Origin: Octopus bimaculoides
Taxonomy: Eukaryota
NCBI RefSeq assembly: GCF_001194135.2
Contig: NC_068991.1
Span: 40,272,178-40,336,177, forward strand
Direction: 5' to 3'
DNA: 64,000 nt
In this document: positions 50,713 through 62,806 of the stretch, piece after piece
How positions within the stretch are numbered: the first letter of the stretch is position 1
Layout: every line of letters begins with the position of its first letter
Translations under genes and position numbers: made by a program
Notes under the pieces: generated by a model
Told to the model about the DNA's origin: nothing
Database searches by the model: none
What the model saw: the letters and a program-made list of their open reading frames with translations, nothing else

Positions 50713-51769
50713 AATTCAATGAAATATTAACTGAAAGTCATGTTTAAAGGTGCTACTCTAAATAGTGTGATCTGCTTTCCATTTACCAAATTCAAAAACT
50801 GTGCTGACTTCAGAATCATTACAAAAAATTTAATCCTTCTCCTCAGCTTAGTTAAAGCTCACTGTTGAATTGTTGCAAGCACTGCTTTGTTCTGCACCTA
50901 GAGGGTTTTCCCCATGATAATATGGGTGAGACACATTCAAACTTCAAAAGCTATACCTGTGGTATGTTACTAGCTATCAAATGGTACGATGTTTAGTATC
51001 TTGTCTATAGTCCTTCACACTGTAGTAAAAGCAGTGAGGAGTATTGCCTCCGTGTTACTGCATGTGCATATGTTTTACAGCTGAAAAAGAAAAAAAATAT
51101 CTATGCACACAAGGTTTTCAAGATGAAATCAGATTTTTTATTGAAGAAATTTGAACAAATGTTACTCAAATGGATGTGCACATACTTTGCAAAAAAAGAC
51201 AATTTGCATACAATGCAAATTTCTATGTACAACCCACAACAACAATTTAAAGAACACTTGTGCTGGGTATCCTAAATGACTTCACACTCTTGAGAAACAG
51301 TTACTGACTTAATAGGATGCATCAATGTATCTTCTTCCATATAATCCCCAATTAGATGGAGCTGTTACCAAATTTTGATTAAAGAAAGCAGTAGCTCATA
51401 TAGGCTCCTATTGATATATCTAAATTCTATTTCAATTATACATAACCTTGCTTCATAACAATGTAACTTTCTTCTCCACCTGTAGAATTATGAGAAACAT
51501 TAATATCACAATGTCCTATGAAATGCTTCTCTGAACCAAAGGATAATTTGGAGGACAGTCGCTCTCTCTGTAACCAACTTGACCTTGTTTAGTGTTATGT
51601 CACCTCAGGTTTCATTTCTTCAGGTCTAGACACTTCCTTCAATTCCCCTTTCTGTTTTCATTGTGGTGAATCAAAGTCATAGAACCTACTCACCCAGCAT
51701 GTATCATTACCTGTATGCATTTTATTTTATGCATTGATGCCCTTCTGTTCATACTTTGATATTACTTAA

Positions 51770-51925
51770 CGATGGCTATATAGTATTTTGCACTAGGGAA
51801 TTCCAAGCTGTAATCTACACCATATCAGATCCCTCTCTGCTCATACTTTATAGGAGGCCATACAAAAGTTCACAAAAGCATCCTTCTGTTCCCTTATTTT
51901 CTTCCTAGTTGTGATAACTCTTAGT
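51770..51925 (-). pseudogene. Possible very old RTE-like RT remnant
   Basis: KIREQKDAFVNFCMASYKV*AERDLIWCRLQLGIP loosely matches E..KD..AFVD..KAYDRVPRDLIW..L..LGIP. Confidence 0.25.
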
Positions 51926-52977
51926 TACCTTCACATTAGCAACCAGGACTTGCTAGATATTCTTTTATTTTGGGGGACCATTTCTAATTATATAAACGTG
52001 TGTGTGTGTAGAACACTAAATATGCAGTGTTACACATGCGCACACTCACACACACAAATATGTGTTGTATATATTATCTTTTACCCATTTTTATATGTTT
52101 CTGTATTTAAAGGGAAGTTATTCTATTTGTACTTTCATTCAAGATGTGAATGAATTTTAAAAAATGAAATTTGCTTTGAATCTAACTATGTTTTTGAAGT
52201 TCTGTATCTTAATAACTCACTCTTACATTCATTTACATAAAATTCCATCTTTTACAATTAACAGTCATTTTACTCTTTTGAATGGTTTATCTTTGCATTT
52301 GAAATAAATTTGCTCAAAAATTGCTTTGAAATTGTAGCATAATTTAATCTTCCTATTTAACTGGAATTACTTATGTAACAGTTAAATTGTCAACTTTTAA
52401 ATTATGTTTCTCTTACGATCTACTTACTTGATTCTATTAGCAAAGTTAGATATAAAGCTACCTGTATGATTTATTCAAGAGCTCTCTTAAAAATTAAATC
52501 AGTGTTGTCATTGTTTTCTTGCTTTTTATGTGATTAGAAATCTGCATCCGGAATTAGTAGAGCAGACAGGAAGGAGAGTGGCATTGAAAAGCCTTTGCTT
52601 CAGTGCTGTCACCCTCTGTTACTTTTAATGCATTTCCTTTGTGTACTTGCTTTTGGTGGGAGTGGGGCTCCCTTTAAATCCAATTAGCATTTAAATAGTA
52701 ATTATTCAATTTTAAAAATTTTATCAATATTTCAAAACCAGTGGTATGGAATGGCAGAAGTAATAGAGTAAGTATTAGACTAAATTATTTCAGTATTTGC
52801 TTTCATTCATATATTCACTAAGTTCAAACCCTACTGAGGATAATTTTACCTTTCATTCCACAGAGTAGTTGTTGTTTGACTCCAGATTAGCCTTGCAGAC
52901 CTATGATCCAAACTGTTCCAGCTATAAAAATCCTATTTCTTTTCTTTTTGCCTTTTGCAAACAATCTATCTTTTAGT

Positions 52978-53130
52978 ACATCATCATTTAATGTCGCTTT
53001 TCCTTGCTGGCACAGATCAGACAGTTCAACCTGATTCAACAAGCTGGAGCTTTGACAGGTTTTCTACAACAGGATGCCCTTCCTAATGCCAGCCACTTTA
53101 TAAAAGTGTATGGTGTGCTTTTTTTTTCAT
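52978..53130 (-). mobile_element. RTE-type 3' tail fragment
   Basis: catcatcatttaatgtcgcttttccttgctggc...ggatgcccttcctaatgccagccac. Confidence 0.6.
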
Positions 53131-54187
53131 AACCTTTTTTTGAGGGAAGTTTGACTGCAGTTTATATCAGGTTGAGTGGCTCCATAGTGGCTCACTTGTT
53201 GACAAAATAAGTATCAGTCACATCTTTAAATTCAATCAATAATACCTTCCTCTATATAAAGTTGTGATTTTATGTCAGTGTAAAGAGAAATTATTTAAAA
53301 GAAAAAAAGTGTTATATCCCAAACTGACAGTTGCTAAATTTCAGTATCGCATGGATCCTATTTAAATTTCTTTTTTTTTTTTCTATCACAATTAGAGAAG
53401 AATTTCAGTTCCACTACTGAGTGTTCACATATGGTGACTACTCAAACTTAATCCCTTTTCTTTCACAACACATAAATCTGTAAGTGCACTTGTATATTCT
53501 ACAGAGCATATTCCATGTGTATATTCCACATTCTATCCATATACTTGCATGGACATAATCAAACTTAGCAAACATAAATTGCATTACTATTGTGTATGTG
53601 TGTAGACAGACAGACAGACAGAGGGAATAGATAGATGTATTCAGCATGACTTCATATGTATTGTTTTAATGATGTAAGGTTTTGCATTGTTTTATTGGCT
53701 TCTGTCACTGGATGCAGTCTTGTTGGAGGCACCATCTTCAATCAGAAGTTGAGTCTGTGAGGTCTAGAATTGAAGACTACTGTTCCAAACAAACTGCAAG
53801 GAAATTGTATGAAAATACTAATAAATACCACAGTAAAGAAAATAAAACTAGAATGCACTTATGTTTTTAGTACAAGTCTGAAAGAAAACCTGTCCTCATA
53901 TATATATAAATACATATGTGTGTGTAACCATCTGCTATAGTTTCCATCAACTCTAGCTATGGTTGAATATACCTATCAAGATACTGTACAGTAGAACTGA
54001 ATCTGAGACTGTTGTTGTAAAGCACTTAAGTACACAGCAATACTTGTACATTTATTGTTTTGATTTGGGTTTTTTATTGATATGAAAAGTTGAGATTCAG
54101 TGTATATAAAACCTGGCATTAGTTCTTTTTCACCCCAAATCAGCTCTGATTCAGGAAACTTGTGATCAAAGGTATCTAAGATATGAC

Positions 54188-55489
54188 ACCAGAACTAGAG
54201 AAGTTCCAGGTATGGAAGCAAGGTCTAGCATCAAAGGGCCTTAAAGTTAACCTAGCAAAAACCAAAGTCTTAGTAAGTAGGAAGGCAGACAAATCACAAA
54301 TCCCTTCAGGTAGAAGGCCTTGTTTGATCTGTAGAAAAGGCATAGGTAGAAATTCCATAAGATGCACCCAGTGTAAGTTTTGGACACATAAAAGATGCAA
54401 CAATATCAGAGGAAGGTCAACAGGGAAACTAGCTTTTGTATGTGGAAGATGCACAGGTACAATAAACGCTGAAAATGTGCAGAAAATAGACTCCATCAAC
54501 TGACAGGGGAACAAGCTAGAGGTAGATAGATTCCGTTATCTAGGTGACCAAGTTAATAGTGAAAGGGGATGTTGATGTTCCAAGAGTGTAGTGGTGAGGA
54601 TAAGATTAGGCTGAGAAAAGTTCAGAGAGCTCCTACCTCTGCTGGCAACAAAGGGCCTCCCTCTTAGAAAGGCAGATTGTATGATGCCTGCGTGTGGACT
54701 GCCATGCTATATAGCAGTGAAACATGGGCTGTGACAGCCGAGGACATGTGTAGGCTTGAATGAAATTAAGCCAGTATGCTTCACTGGATGTGTAATGACA
54801 GTATGCATGTACAACAAAGTGTAAGCATCTTGAGAGTAAAGCTAGGCATAAAAGGCATCAGATGTGGTGTGCAAGAAAGATGACTGCATTGGTATTGTCA
54901 TGTGATGCATATGGACAAGGACAGTTGTATAAAGAAGTGCTGATTTCTAACTGTAGAAGGAGCCTGTCGTAGCAGTAAGCCTAGGAAGACATGGGACAAA
55001 ATGGTGAAGCATGATCTTCGAACTTTGAACCTCACAGGGGCAATGACCAGTGACTGAGACCTTTGACGATATGCTGTGCTTGAGAAGACTCATCAAGCCA
55101 AGTGAAATTGTGGTCATGGCTGATGTTGGTGTCACATAAAGAGCACTGTTGGAACATTGGGCCTCACGGAGGCAAAATGGCTGAGTTCCTTTCGAGCATT
55201 GGGACTCATGGAGGCAAAATGGATGAGTTCCTTTCGAGCATTGGGACTCATGGAGGCAAAATTGCAGTCATAGCAGATACTGGTGTCACGCAAATGGCAC
55301 CTGTGCTTGTGGCACATAAAAGCACCCATTACACTTTCAGAGTGGTTGGTGTTAGGAAAGGCATCCATCTGTAGAAAACCATGTCAAATCAGAGTGGAGT
55401 CTGGTGCAGCCTTCCAGCTTACCAGCCCTGGTCAAACCATCCAACCCATGCCAGCATGGACAACAGATGTTAAATGATAATGATGATGA
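54188..55489 (+). mobile_element. 5'-truncated RTE LINE (ORF2 remnant to ~55112, 3' UTR, (GAT)n tail)
   Basis: ELEKFQVWKQGLASKGLKVNLAKTKVL, PHD-type insert, RFRYLGDQV; stops and frameshifts downstream. Confidence 0.95.
55152..55262. repeat. 42-bp tandem repeat (2.6 units) in RTE 3' UTR
   Basis: gagcattgggactcatggaggcaaaatggatgagttcctttc at 55152, 55194, 55236. Confidence 0.9.
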
Positions 55490-58204
55490 GCTACATTATT
55501 CAATGTGTTCTTTTTTCATTTGAACTGGAGGCTATGATTGCCTCATGACTGATATCAGTATTACTGAGTGATACAGTGATGGTCAGAAGTATAAAATTCT
55601 AGTTCTTTGGCCTCTGGTTGAGATGCTATAGTTTAATTAAGGCTTTGTGTTAAAGCCCTGAGAAAACAGATTTTATAATTCAAATTAATTATTATGATGA
55701 CTTTTAATGTATTCTCTTCATATCCAGAAATCAAGATATAAAGAACATTTCATATAAGACAAAATACCCACATTGTTATAGTGTTAAGGAGAAAGCCCAT
55801 AAGCACAGCCTTCACATTATCATACTGTGCTTCCAATTATTTGGGCGTTATTCATACCATATTTTCAACATTAAATCTTATGCTTGATTCAGATGCCAAA
55901 AACACAAAAATGTCCATATTTAACTGTTCTGAATATTAAACTAGTTAGATGACAATGCATAAGTTTTGCTTGTGATTAGTGGCAAAATTGGGGGATTACT
56001 GGATATCATAACTTGTTATGTCCCTTTATGTTCTAAGGTCAAATCCCACTGTAGTTGTCTCTGCCGATCATTCCTTCAAAGTTGTTGAGCACTAGTAACA
56101 TATTGTGTATTGATTCTTACAACCCATTGCCCTATAAACATGTGGTTGTGCCAGTGTTAGAAACCAGCAATCCCCAAGTAGACACATAAATATTCATTGC
56201 TATAAACAGTTGTTATTTCTAATTCTTCATACCCACCTAGAAGGGAGTGTATACAGTTCACTTATTGTTAGTTAGCCACAAGTCGACTTTGAGCAAGCAG
56301 ACAACTCATGATTATACCTTTGGACTCGAAAATTCTAAATTTAATGTACTGTATCAAAGGTGTATTTACAAAGCTACTTACATTATTGATAAGTCTTATA
56401 AAACCCAATGCAGTTTAGAATATTGTGGATGCATAAAGATGAGCAAAATAATTCATGGCATAAAGCTGAGCTAAATGCAAATTGTTTGGAATATATTCAG
56501 TGCACCCCATCTAATCTAAACCCATTACTGATTTTCTATTACCTGAGATTTTTACCAGATGGTCCACTATTTAGAAAGACCAGATTTATATCAAAACAAT
56601 AAGATGGCTCTCTTTTCAAACAAATTTTACTGCACACTGAATGGGCTACTCATATTGACTTAGTAACTATTTTCTTCTAATATTTATGAACACATATTTG
56701 ATTTTACTGTATCAATTTGTGGCAAACAATTAACATGCATTTTATTATTAATTAAATGGAAGTCACTGTTTCAATAACAGTTTAAGGTCAATTGTGTGAA
56801 AAGGGTGAGGGGTGGGGGTTATTGATGCTATTGTTATTGCTGCCATCCGTTTCTATTAATACAGCAAGGTACAAAAGTGTTCACATGTAGAATCCAAAAC
56901 TTAGTCAAGCGCAATCATTTCATCACTTCTGGAGAGCAAGTTTAATATCATTATAAGTTTGTTTGGTAAGTTGTTTTTATGCATATTTTCTATTTCTTTG
57001 TTGTGTAAGTCTAAGTTCCCAGTGTTACTACTTTGTCATCGCTTTATATTTCAGTTTAAAAACAATATATTTAAACTCAATACTTTCTCTATAATAAGAT
57101 TACCTGTTTCTGAACTGAGAAACATGAAAGGAATGATAGATGAAGTCCTCTCTGGCCATGCTAATAATCTACGTAATCAGGCCTACCCTAGCAGCTGGGT
57201 GAATTTCAACTACCTTCTCAGAAACTAAACAATATCTACAAGATTTGTGTCTCGTGTGTATGTATGTATATATATATATATATATATATAAAAATATATA
57301 TCAAAACTCAATGCTCCAAAGATGTCTTTTTCGAACTCTTTATCCATTTCCATTTTGTATAGTTCTCATTTAAAAATCTCATTAAGGGAAAAATAGTATT
57401 GAGAACAAATTCAAACAGTGAAATTGGGTTTTCTTCTTTTCAACTAAATGAATTTCTTTGGATGAAGTTATTTGCTCTTCTAGAATAATAAATAACAAAA
57501 ATGGCTTGTTAATCATGTAAGTGTAAAAATTGCAATTTACTCAAAATATTTTCACATCTATTCAATTTAATTTAGATATTTGTTTTTAATTTTAGTTATT
57601 AATTTTCGGGTTTTTTCTTTTACTTGTTTTTTTTTATACTATTAACACCATCCTCATTTCTGATTCATACGTGTTTTCTTGTTATCAAACTCGGAGAAAG
57701 TCATCAGTTACAACATTTTCTCCATTTTGGCCTACTTAGATTGGATTTGCACTACCCTATTATAATGAACTGTTAGACTAAAAGCTCATTTCTCCAATTG
57801 ATAGCCAATCAATATCTTTACCACCCACATGACTCTTTTTTAGTTAAGATAGTTTTTAGCTTATGTTCTCCTCAGATTTCTCACAACTTATTGTTTTCAG
57901 ATATTATCTTTAACTCAATGAATCGAAAAATAAATCCATATTGATTTTGGGATTTCAACATTTCCTCTGTTTCAGTGTTGTTTTTTATTATTATCATTAC
58001 TCTTGTTTCCTTTTGTTTTTTGCTTTGCTTTGTTAAATGTAAGCAATGTATGTGTGTGACCTTTTGGTCAGAACTGGTATAATCTGATTTACTTTTGTTC
58101 ATCTTTCTCTTTTACACACACACACACTCTCTCTTTCTGTGAGTGTGCTATATATGAATGTAGGTGTGTGTTTGTAATATACATCTTTATTATATATATT
58201 TACA

Positions 58205-58400
58205 CATATAGTCATCATCTTCATCATTCTAATGTTTAATTTTCCATGATTGCATGGGTCAGATGAGAGTATGTTGTGGACAGTTTCCTGTGACCAGACA
58301 CCCTTCCTGTCATCAACTCCCATTCGTTTGCAAGCGAGGTAATCTCCCAATTTATTGCACAACAAACAGTGATATCACATGTTACCAAATACTGTGAAGA
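58205..58400 (-). mobile_element. SINE 3' half with RTE-type tail
   Basis: gtcatcatcttcatcattctaatgtttaattttccatgattgcatgggtcagatg. Confidence 0.5.
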
Positions 58401-58506
58401 TGCCTGGATGGACATCTTTTTGTGATGGGCAGTAGTGAAGTTAATTTTCATAACACAAATGAAGTTGTGGGGAATGCAAACTCACTTGTGCACACACACA
58501 TACAAA

Positions 58507-58535
<29 letters not shown>

Positions 58536-58537
<2 letters not shown>

Positions 58538-59312
58538 GCATATGTGGGTACAGGACGTCACGAAACATGTACAACAAAAAAATACGAAGCACGAGTACAT
58601 GGAACATGAACTATTTCGTACAACGAAAGACACAAATGGAAAACAAAATAAACATAAAGAACGACCCTTCATCAATTGTTGGCTGTTTTTCTAGTCTCGT
58701 ATTTCGAGCATTTAACAGCAATATATGCTTTCAATAAAACAGTTGCTCCCGCAAAGCAAATTAAATAAAATTTGGGATTTTGCGGTGGGTCAAAATTGGT
58801 AACACAAACAGGACAGTGAAAACAAGCAGGAAGGGCTGCTAAGCCTAAATGAGGTTGTGGTGGCAAACATGTAAATCAAGCTTGGACAGGAGACGGACAA
58901 GAACACATCTTCCTTGTTCCAGCTACAACAGAGAGAAAGAAAGAAGCACAAGTTAGAAGAAGAAAAAAAGATGGCCGATGGTCACGGGGGAGCCACATGA
59001 GCAAGGGAGGAGGAGTGAGGGAGAGAGTGACAGAGTAATAGGATAGAATAGTGGGAGAAGAGGAGGTAAAAGAATAAGAGAGAAAGAGAAAAACGAAAGA
59101 GGAAAAAGTTCATATAAAGTGCGCATCAGAATTATTAAGATAAAACTTGGAAGAGAATGCGTGGTGTTCAATCATATAATATAAATAATATATATATGCA
59201 TGTATACATACGTATATGTACATACATCTAAACGTATATATGTGTATATCATCATCATCGTTTAATGTCCGCTTTCCATGCTAGCATGGGTTGGACGATT
59301 TGACTGAGGACT

Positions 59313-59402
<90 letters not shown>

Positions 59403-59641
59403 CATATATATAAATAATATATATATGCATATGTGGGCACAGGACGTCACGAAACGTGTACAACAAAAATGTATGAAGCACAAATACATGCAACATGAAC
59501 TATTCTTTTGAACAACGAAAGGCACAAATGGAAAACAAGACAAACAACATTAAGAACAACCCTTCATCAGTTGTTGGCTGTTTTTTTCGTCTTGTATTTC
59601 GAGCATTTAAAATACATACATAGTCTTGTATTTCGAGCATT
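58536..59641. mobile_element. Non-coding element with ~180-bp terminal direct repeats (Penelope pLTR-like or TRIM-like)
   Basis: 58536-58715 matches 59425-59610; extra 19-bp terminal echo 59623-59641; purine-rich interior; no ORF. Confidence 0.6.
59249..59314 (-). mobile_element. Short, young RTE 3' tail insertion
   Basis: catcatcatcgtttaatgtccgctttccatgctagcatgggttggacgatttgactgaggactgg, near-identical to the reverse of 2853-2913. Confidence 0.85.
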
Positions 59642-59656
59642 ATATATACATACATA

Positions 59657-60212
59657 TAGTGATGCCTTGATATACAAGTTGATTTGTTCCTGGAGACAGC
59701 TCATAAAGCAAAACTTGTAAAGCAAGGCAATAATTTCCCGTAGTAGCAATATTATAAATCGTAATTCATTCTCAGAAAAATATTTTACCTATAAAATTTA
59801 TAATACTCTTAAATAAATGGTAATAAAATAAAAGTAAAATGTAAACAATATCTTGTGCAAAAGAAAAATATTATTATAAGCGTTTTCCATATCCCTTTCA
59901 CTCACACTAGACTCATGCACACCATCACTTGTAGACATGATCACTGATTCACAAGCACTCGTACACGAGCTTGTAGATTTCTGTTTGAAAAACAAGTCTT
60001 GGGTCGTTCACTTAGCTTTTTTCTGCTCTCTATAAATCTCTCGGTAACATGCAGAAGCATTTGTTATGGTAGTAGAAACTTTTGCACTTTGTTCAAAATT
60101 TGAATCTTGTACTTGAAAAATTTCAGCTCACTATACAAAAGTGAGCTGAAAAATAAAACTCATAAACCCAGGGTCTCGTAAAACACGTCCTCCTTAGGTG
60201 AGGTATTACTCA
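59657..60212 (-). mobile_element. Internally deleted Tigger/pogo element retaining the transposase C-terminus
   Basis: FQVQDSNFEQSAKVSTTITNASACYREIYREQKKAK*TTQDLFFK (Tigger C-terminal motif); TA|tagtgatgccttgatatacaag terminus and decayed gaggtattact right end. Confidence 0.7.
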
Positions 60213-60257
60213 GTGTGTGAATGTATCTATGTATGTATATATATATATATATATATA

Positions 60258-60383
60258 CGGGGAGGGGATGTTGGCCTGCTTGCCTAGCCAGCAGGGTGAC
60301 ATTGTTCAAAGGCTAAAATAATGCAAAATGCATTGTGACCAGCAATGTGTAACTAAATCTAACAGTCTGGTCAGTTATGTGAT
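60258..60383 (+). mobile_element. SINE 3' fragment (family of 8889-9185)
   Basis: gcctagccagcagggtgacattgttcaaaggctaaaataatgcaaaatgcattgtgacc. Confidence 0.55.
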
Positions 60384-60410
60384 ATGTATGTGTGTGCACA
60401 CAGACACACA

Positions 60411-60715
60411 AACTTCTTTCAGTGCCAGATCCACTCACAAAGCTTTGGTTGTCTCTGGGCTATAGTACAAGACGCTTACCTAAGGTGCCATGCAAATAAA
60501 AGCATGCATAACTGTTCATTCCTCAAACACACGCTTTTGGATTCAGTCTCTGTGTGTAGCACTTTGGACAAATGTCATGAAAATAAGCCTGGGCTGACCA
60601 AACCTTTGTGAGTGAATTTGGTAGATGAAAACTTTAAGAAGGCACTTGCCCAAGGTGCCACACAGTAGTACTGAACCTGAAACCATGCGATCAGGAAACA
60701 AACTTCTTACCTACA
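60411..60715. repeat. Three CORE-SINE fragments in -/+/- orientation (inverted repeats)
   Basis: 60431-60494 pairs with 60553-60615; 60641-60684 pairs with 60538-60578. Confidence 0.7.
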
Positions 60716-60768
60716 CCTGTGATATGTATGTGTGTGTAATATCCTTGTATTATATATATCATCATCAT

Positions 60769-61084
60769 TTAATGTCCGTTCTCCATGCTGGCAAGGGTTG
60801 GACAGTTTGACTAGGGCTGGCTACACAGAAGACTGCATCAGGCTTTACTGTCTGTTTTGGCAGGGTTTTTACAGCTAGATGCCCTTCATAACACCAACCA
60901 CCTTACAGAATGGACTGAGTGCTTTTTACGTAGCACCAGCACAGGCGAGGCCTGTTTTAGCATGGTTTTTACAGCTGGATGCCCTTCCAAACACCAACCA
61001 CTTTATAGTGTGGACTAGATGCACTAGTACTGACAGGGTCACTAAATAACTTGCAAGACAAAGATCCCTTGAGAAAGGATGGGC
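60769..61084 (-). mobile_element. RTE-type 3' tail with internal 100-bp-period duplication
   Basis: ctgttttggcagggtttttacagctagatgcccttc (60852) repeated as ctgttttagcatggtttttacagctggatgcccttc (60952). Confidence 0.75.
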
Positions 61085-61091
61085 AAATGCA

Positions 61092-61125
<34 letters not shown>

Positions 61126-61230
61126 TGTAATGTATGTGGCTGCATAGATATAAGTATAACGATTTTAGTGTAAGAGGATCATTTCATTTCAATATGAAGT
61201 AAAATGGCTTAATTTATACTTGTACATATC

Positions 61231-62371
61231 CAGGGTGTGTCAGTTATACAAGAACATTTAAATTTAAGGAAAAGGCAAAAATATTCATTAGAAAAACCGA
61301 TATAGTTTTATAGAATTTGGTATTCATATTAATACATACACATAGCAAAAGATTATTCAATGAAATCACCATCAGCCTCAGTTATTGCCTAGATACGGCT
61401 TCTAAAATCACTAAATGTTTTGATCAGATGATCTTTATTCATGTTGACCATAACATCCCCTATAGCAGACATCAGCGAGTCATTGGTTTTGTGGGCCTAC
61501 TTGTTGGTTTCCCTCTCAAAATGTTCCGCATGTAGTAGCCTATGGGGTTTAAATTAGGAGAGCTAGGACGCCAAATGTAAGGGTAAGACGATCATGAAAA
61601 TTTTCAGCCGTCCAGTCCTTGATATTGGAGGCTGTGAAAGGGAACATGTATGACCTCCTCCAAGCAACTCTTTTGATCCAGGGCTTCACAACCATCTTCA
61701 TTCTCTCAATGTAGTAGGTTCCCTGCATTGACCCTAAGATCTTGCAAGACAAGGAGAGGAGGCATGACATAGCCCTTACAGCTCACAAGCCCCAAAACCA
61801 CCACAAACAATGGGAACTTGGTGCAAATAACAGTGGAAAGTTCAGTGAGGTTGGTGCAGATTCATCTGCCATTCTTCCTGTTCACTTTTTGATCTCAGAC
61901 TAAGTTCTTCTCAGAAACAAAGCTTGCCCACCTTCTCAGGATGCTTGAATTTGTTCAGCAAATGTTTCAACCGGATTGCATGGCTCTCCCTGGTCATTTT
62001 TGACATGAGCTACCCTCTTTCCATAACATAGGATTTGTGCATTATATCTAATTGCTGATGATGCCCTGGACTTGGTGGACAAACTCAACTTTTCTGAGAG
62101 TGTTTGATTATCAAGAATGTTTTTTTTACTTTTGGCCACAAAAGACACATTGTCACCAGAGGCCTGGAGCTCTTTTCTTATTTGAAACATGAAGGATCTG
62201 ATGACATTTAAGGTTGAAGGCAGCTAAGGCAACAAGAGTGGCATGCCCTTTCATCATTTGCATTAGATTCAAAGCTTCCGTGCTGGAGCTGAACAAGAAA
62301 GGATATTTAGTTAAGGTTTGGGCCACTTATGGCTCTTATAAGTTTTGTTCTCAAGTAGCTGATGTATCCTG
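61231..62371 (-). mobile_element. Full-span Tc1/mariner element, maT (DD37D)-like
   Basis: Imperfect TIRs cagggtgtgtcagtt / agctgatgtatcctg|TA. Confidence 0.85.
61353..62254 (-). pseudogene. maT-like transposase pseudogene
   Basis: MKGHATLVAL, KELQASGDNVS, FVSEKNLV*DQKVNRKN, KFPLFVVVLGLVSCKGYVMPP, WRPSSPNLNPIGYY, FSDFRSRI*AITEADGDFIE*; QQDSAP block deleted, so D spacing is not countable. Confidence 0.85.
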
Positions 62372-62409
62372 TATATATAAGTACATACACACTTGCACAT
62401 ATATATATA

Positions 62410-62620
62410 ACACCATCATCATTACTAGTTAGCATCCATTTTCCTTGCTGGCATAGGTTGGATGGTTTCACAGGATTCAACAAGCCACAGGGCTCTGCCT
62501 AACTCTAGCGTCAGCTTTGGCAGGTTTTCTACATACCTCAAAGTATGTACTAGGTACTTTTTTTCATGCCACCAGTACTAGTGAGGTCGCCAGGTAAGTT
62601 GCAAGGCCGAAAATAACAGG
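62410..62620 (-). mobile_element. RTE-type 3' tail fragment
   Basis: catccattttccttgctggcataggttggatggtttcacagg. Confidence 0.6.
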
Positions 62621-62717
62621 AAAGTGAAAACCCTCATGACAATGTGTATATGTGTGTGCATGTATACTTATATATTTATGTGTATTTATATGAATATTTG
62701 TATATTTGAACATATAA

Positions 62718-62763
<46 letters not shown>

Positions 62764-62806
62764 ATATCTATATGTATATATACATACATATCTATATGTA
62801 TATATA

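Noticed and set aside
52565-52620. Possible miRNA-like hairpin
   Set aside because: Only ~11 bp with four G-U pairs; too short and weak
55152-55262. CRISPR-like or hammerhead-like reading of the 42-bp repeat
   Set aside because: No unique spacers, eukaryotic context; the minus strand has GAG..CTC-GAAA but CCAUGA instead of CUGANGA
56804-56820. G-rich tract as a G-quadruplex
   Set aside because: Only three G runs of 3 or more
57300-58100. A-rich minus-strand protein-like patches (MEMDKEFEKDIFGALSFD and others)
   Set aside because: Frequent stops, no motif, explainable by base composition
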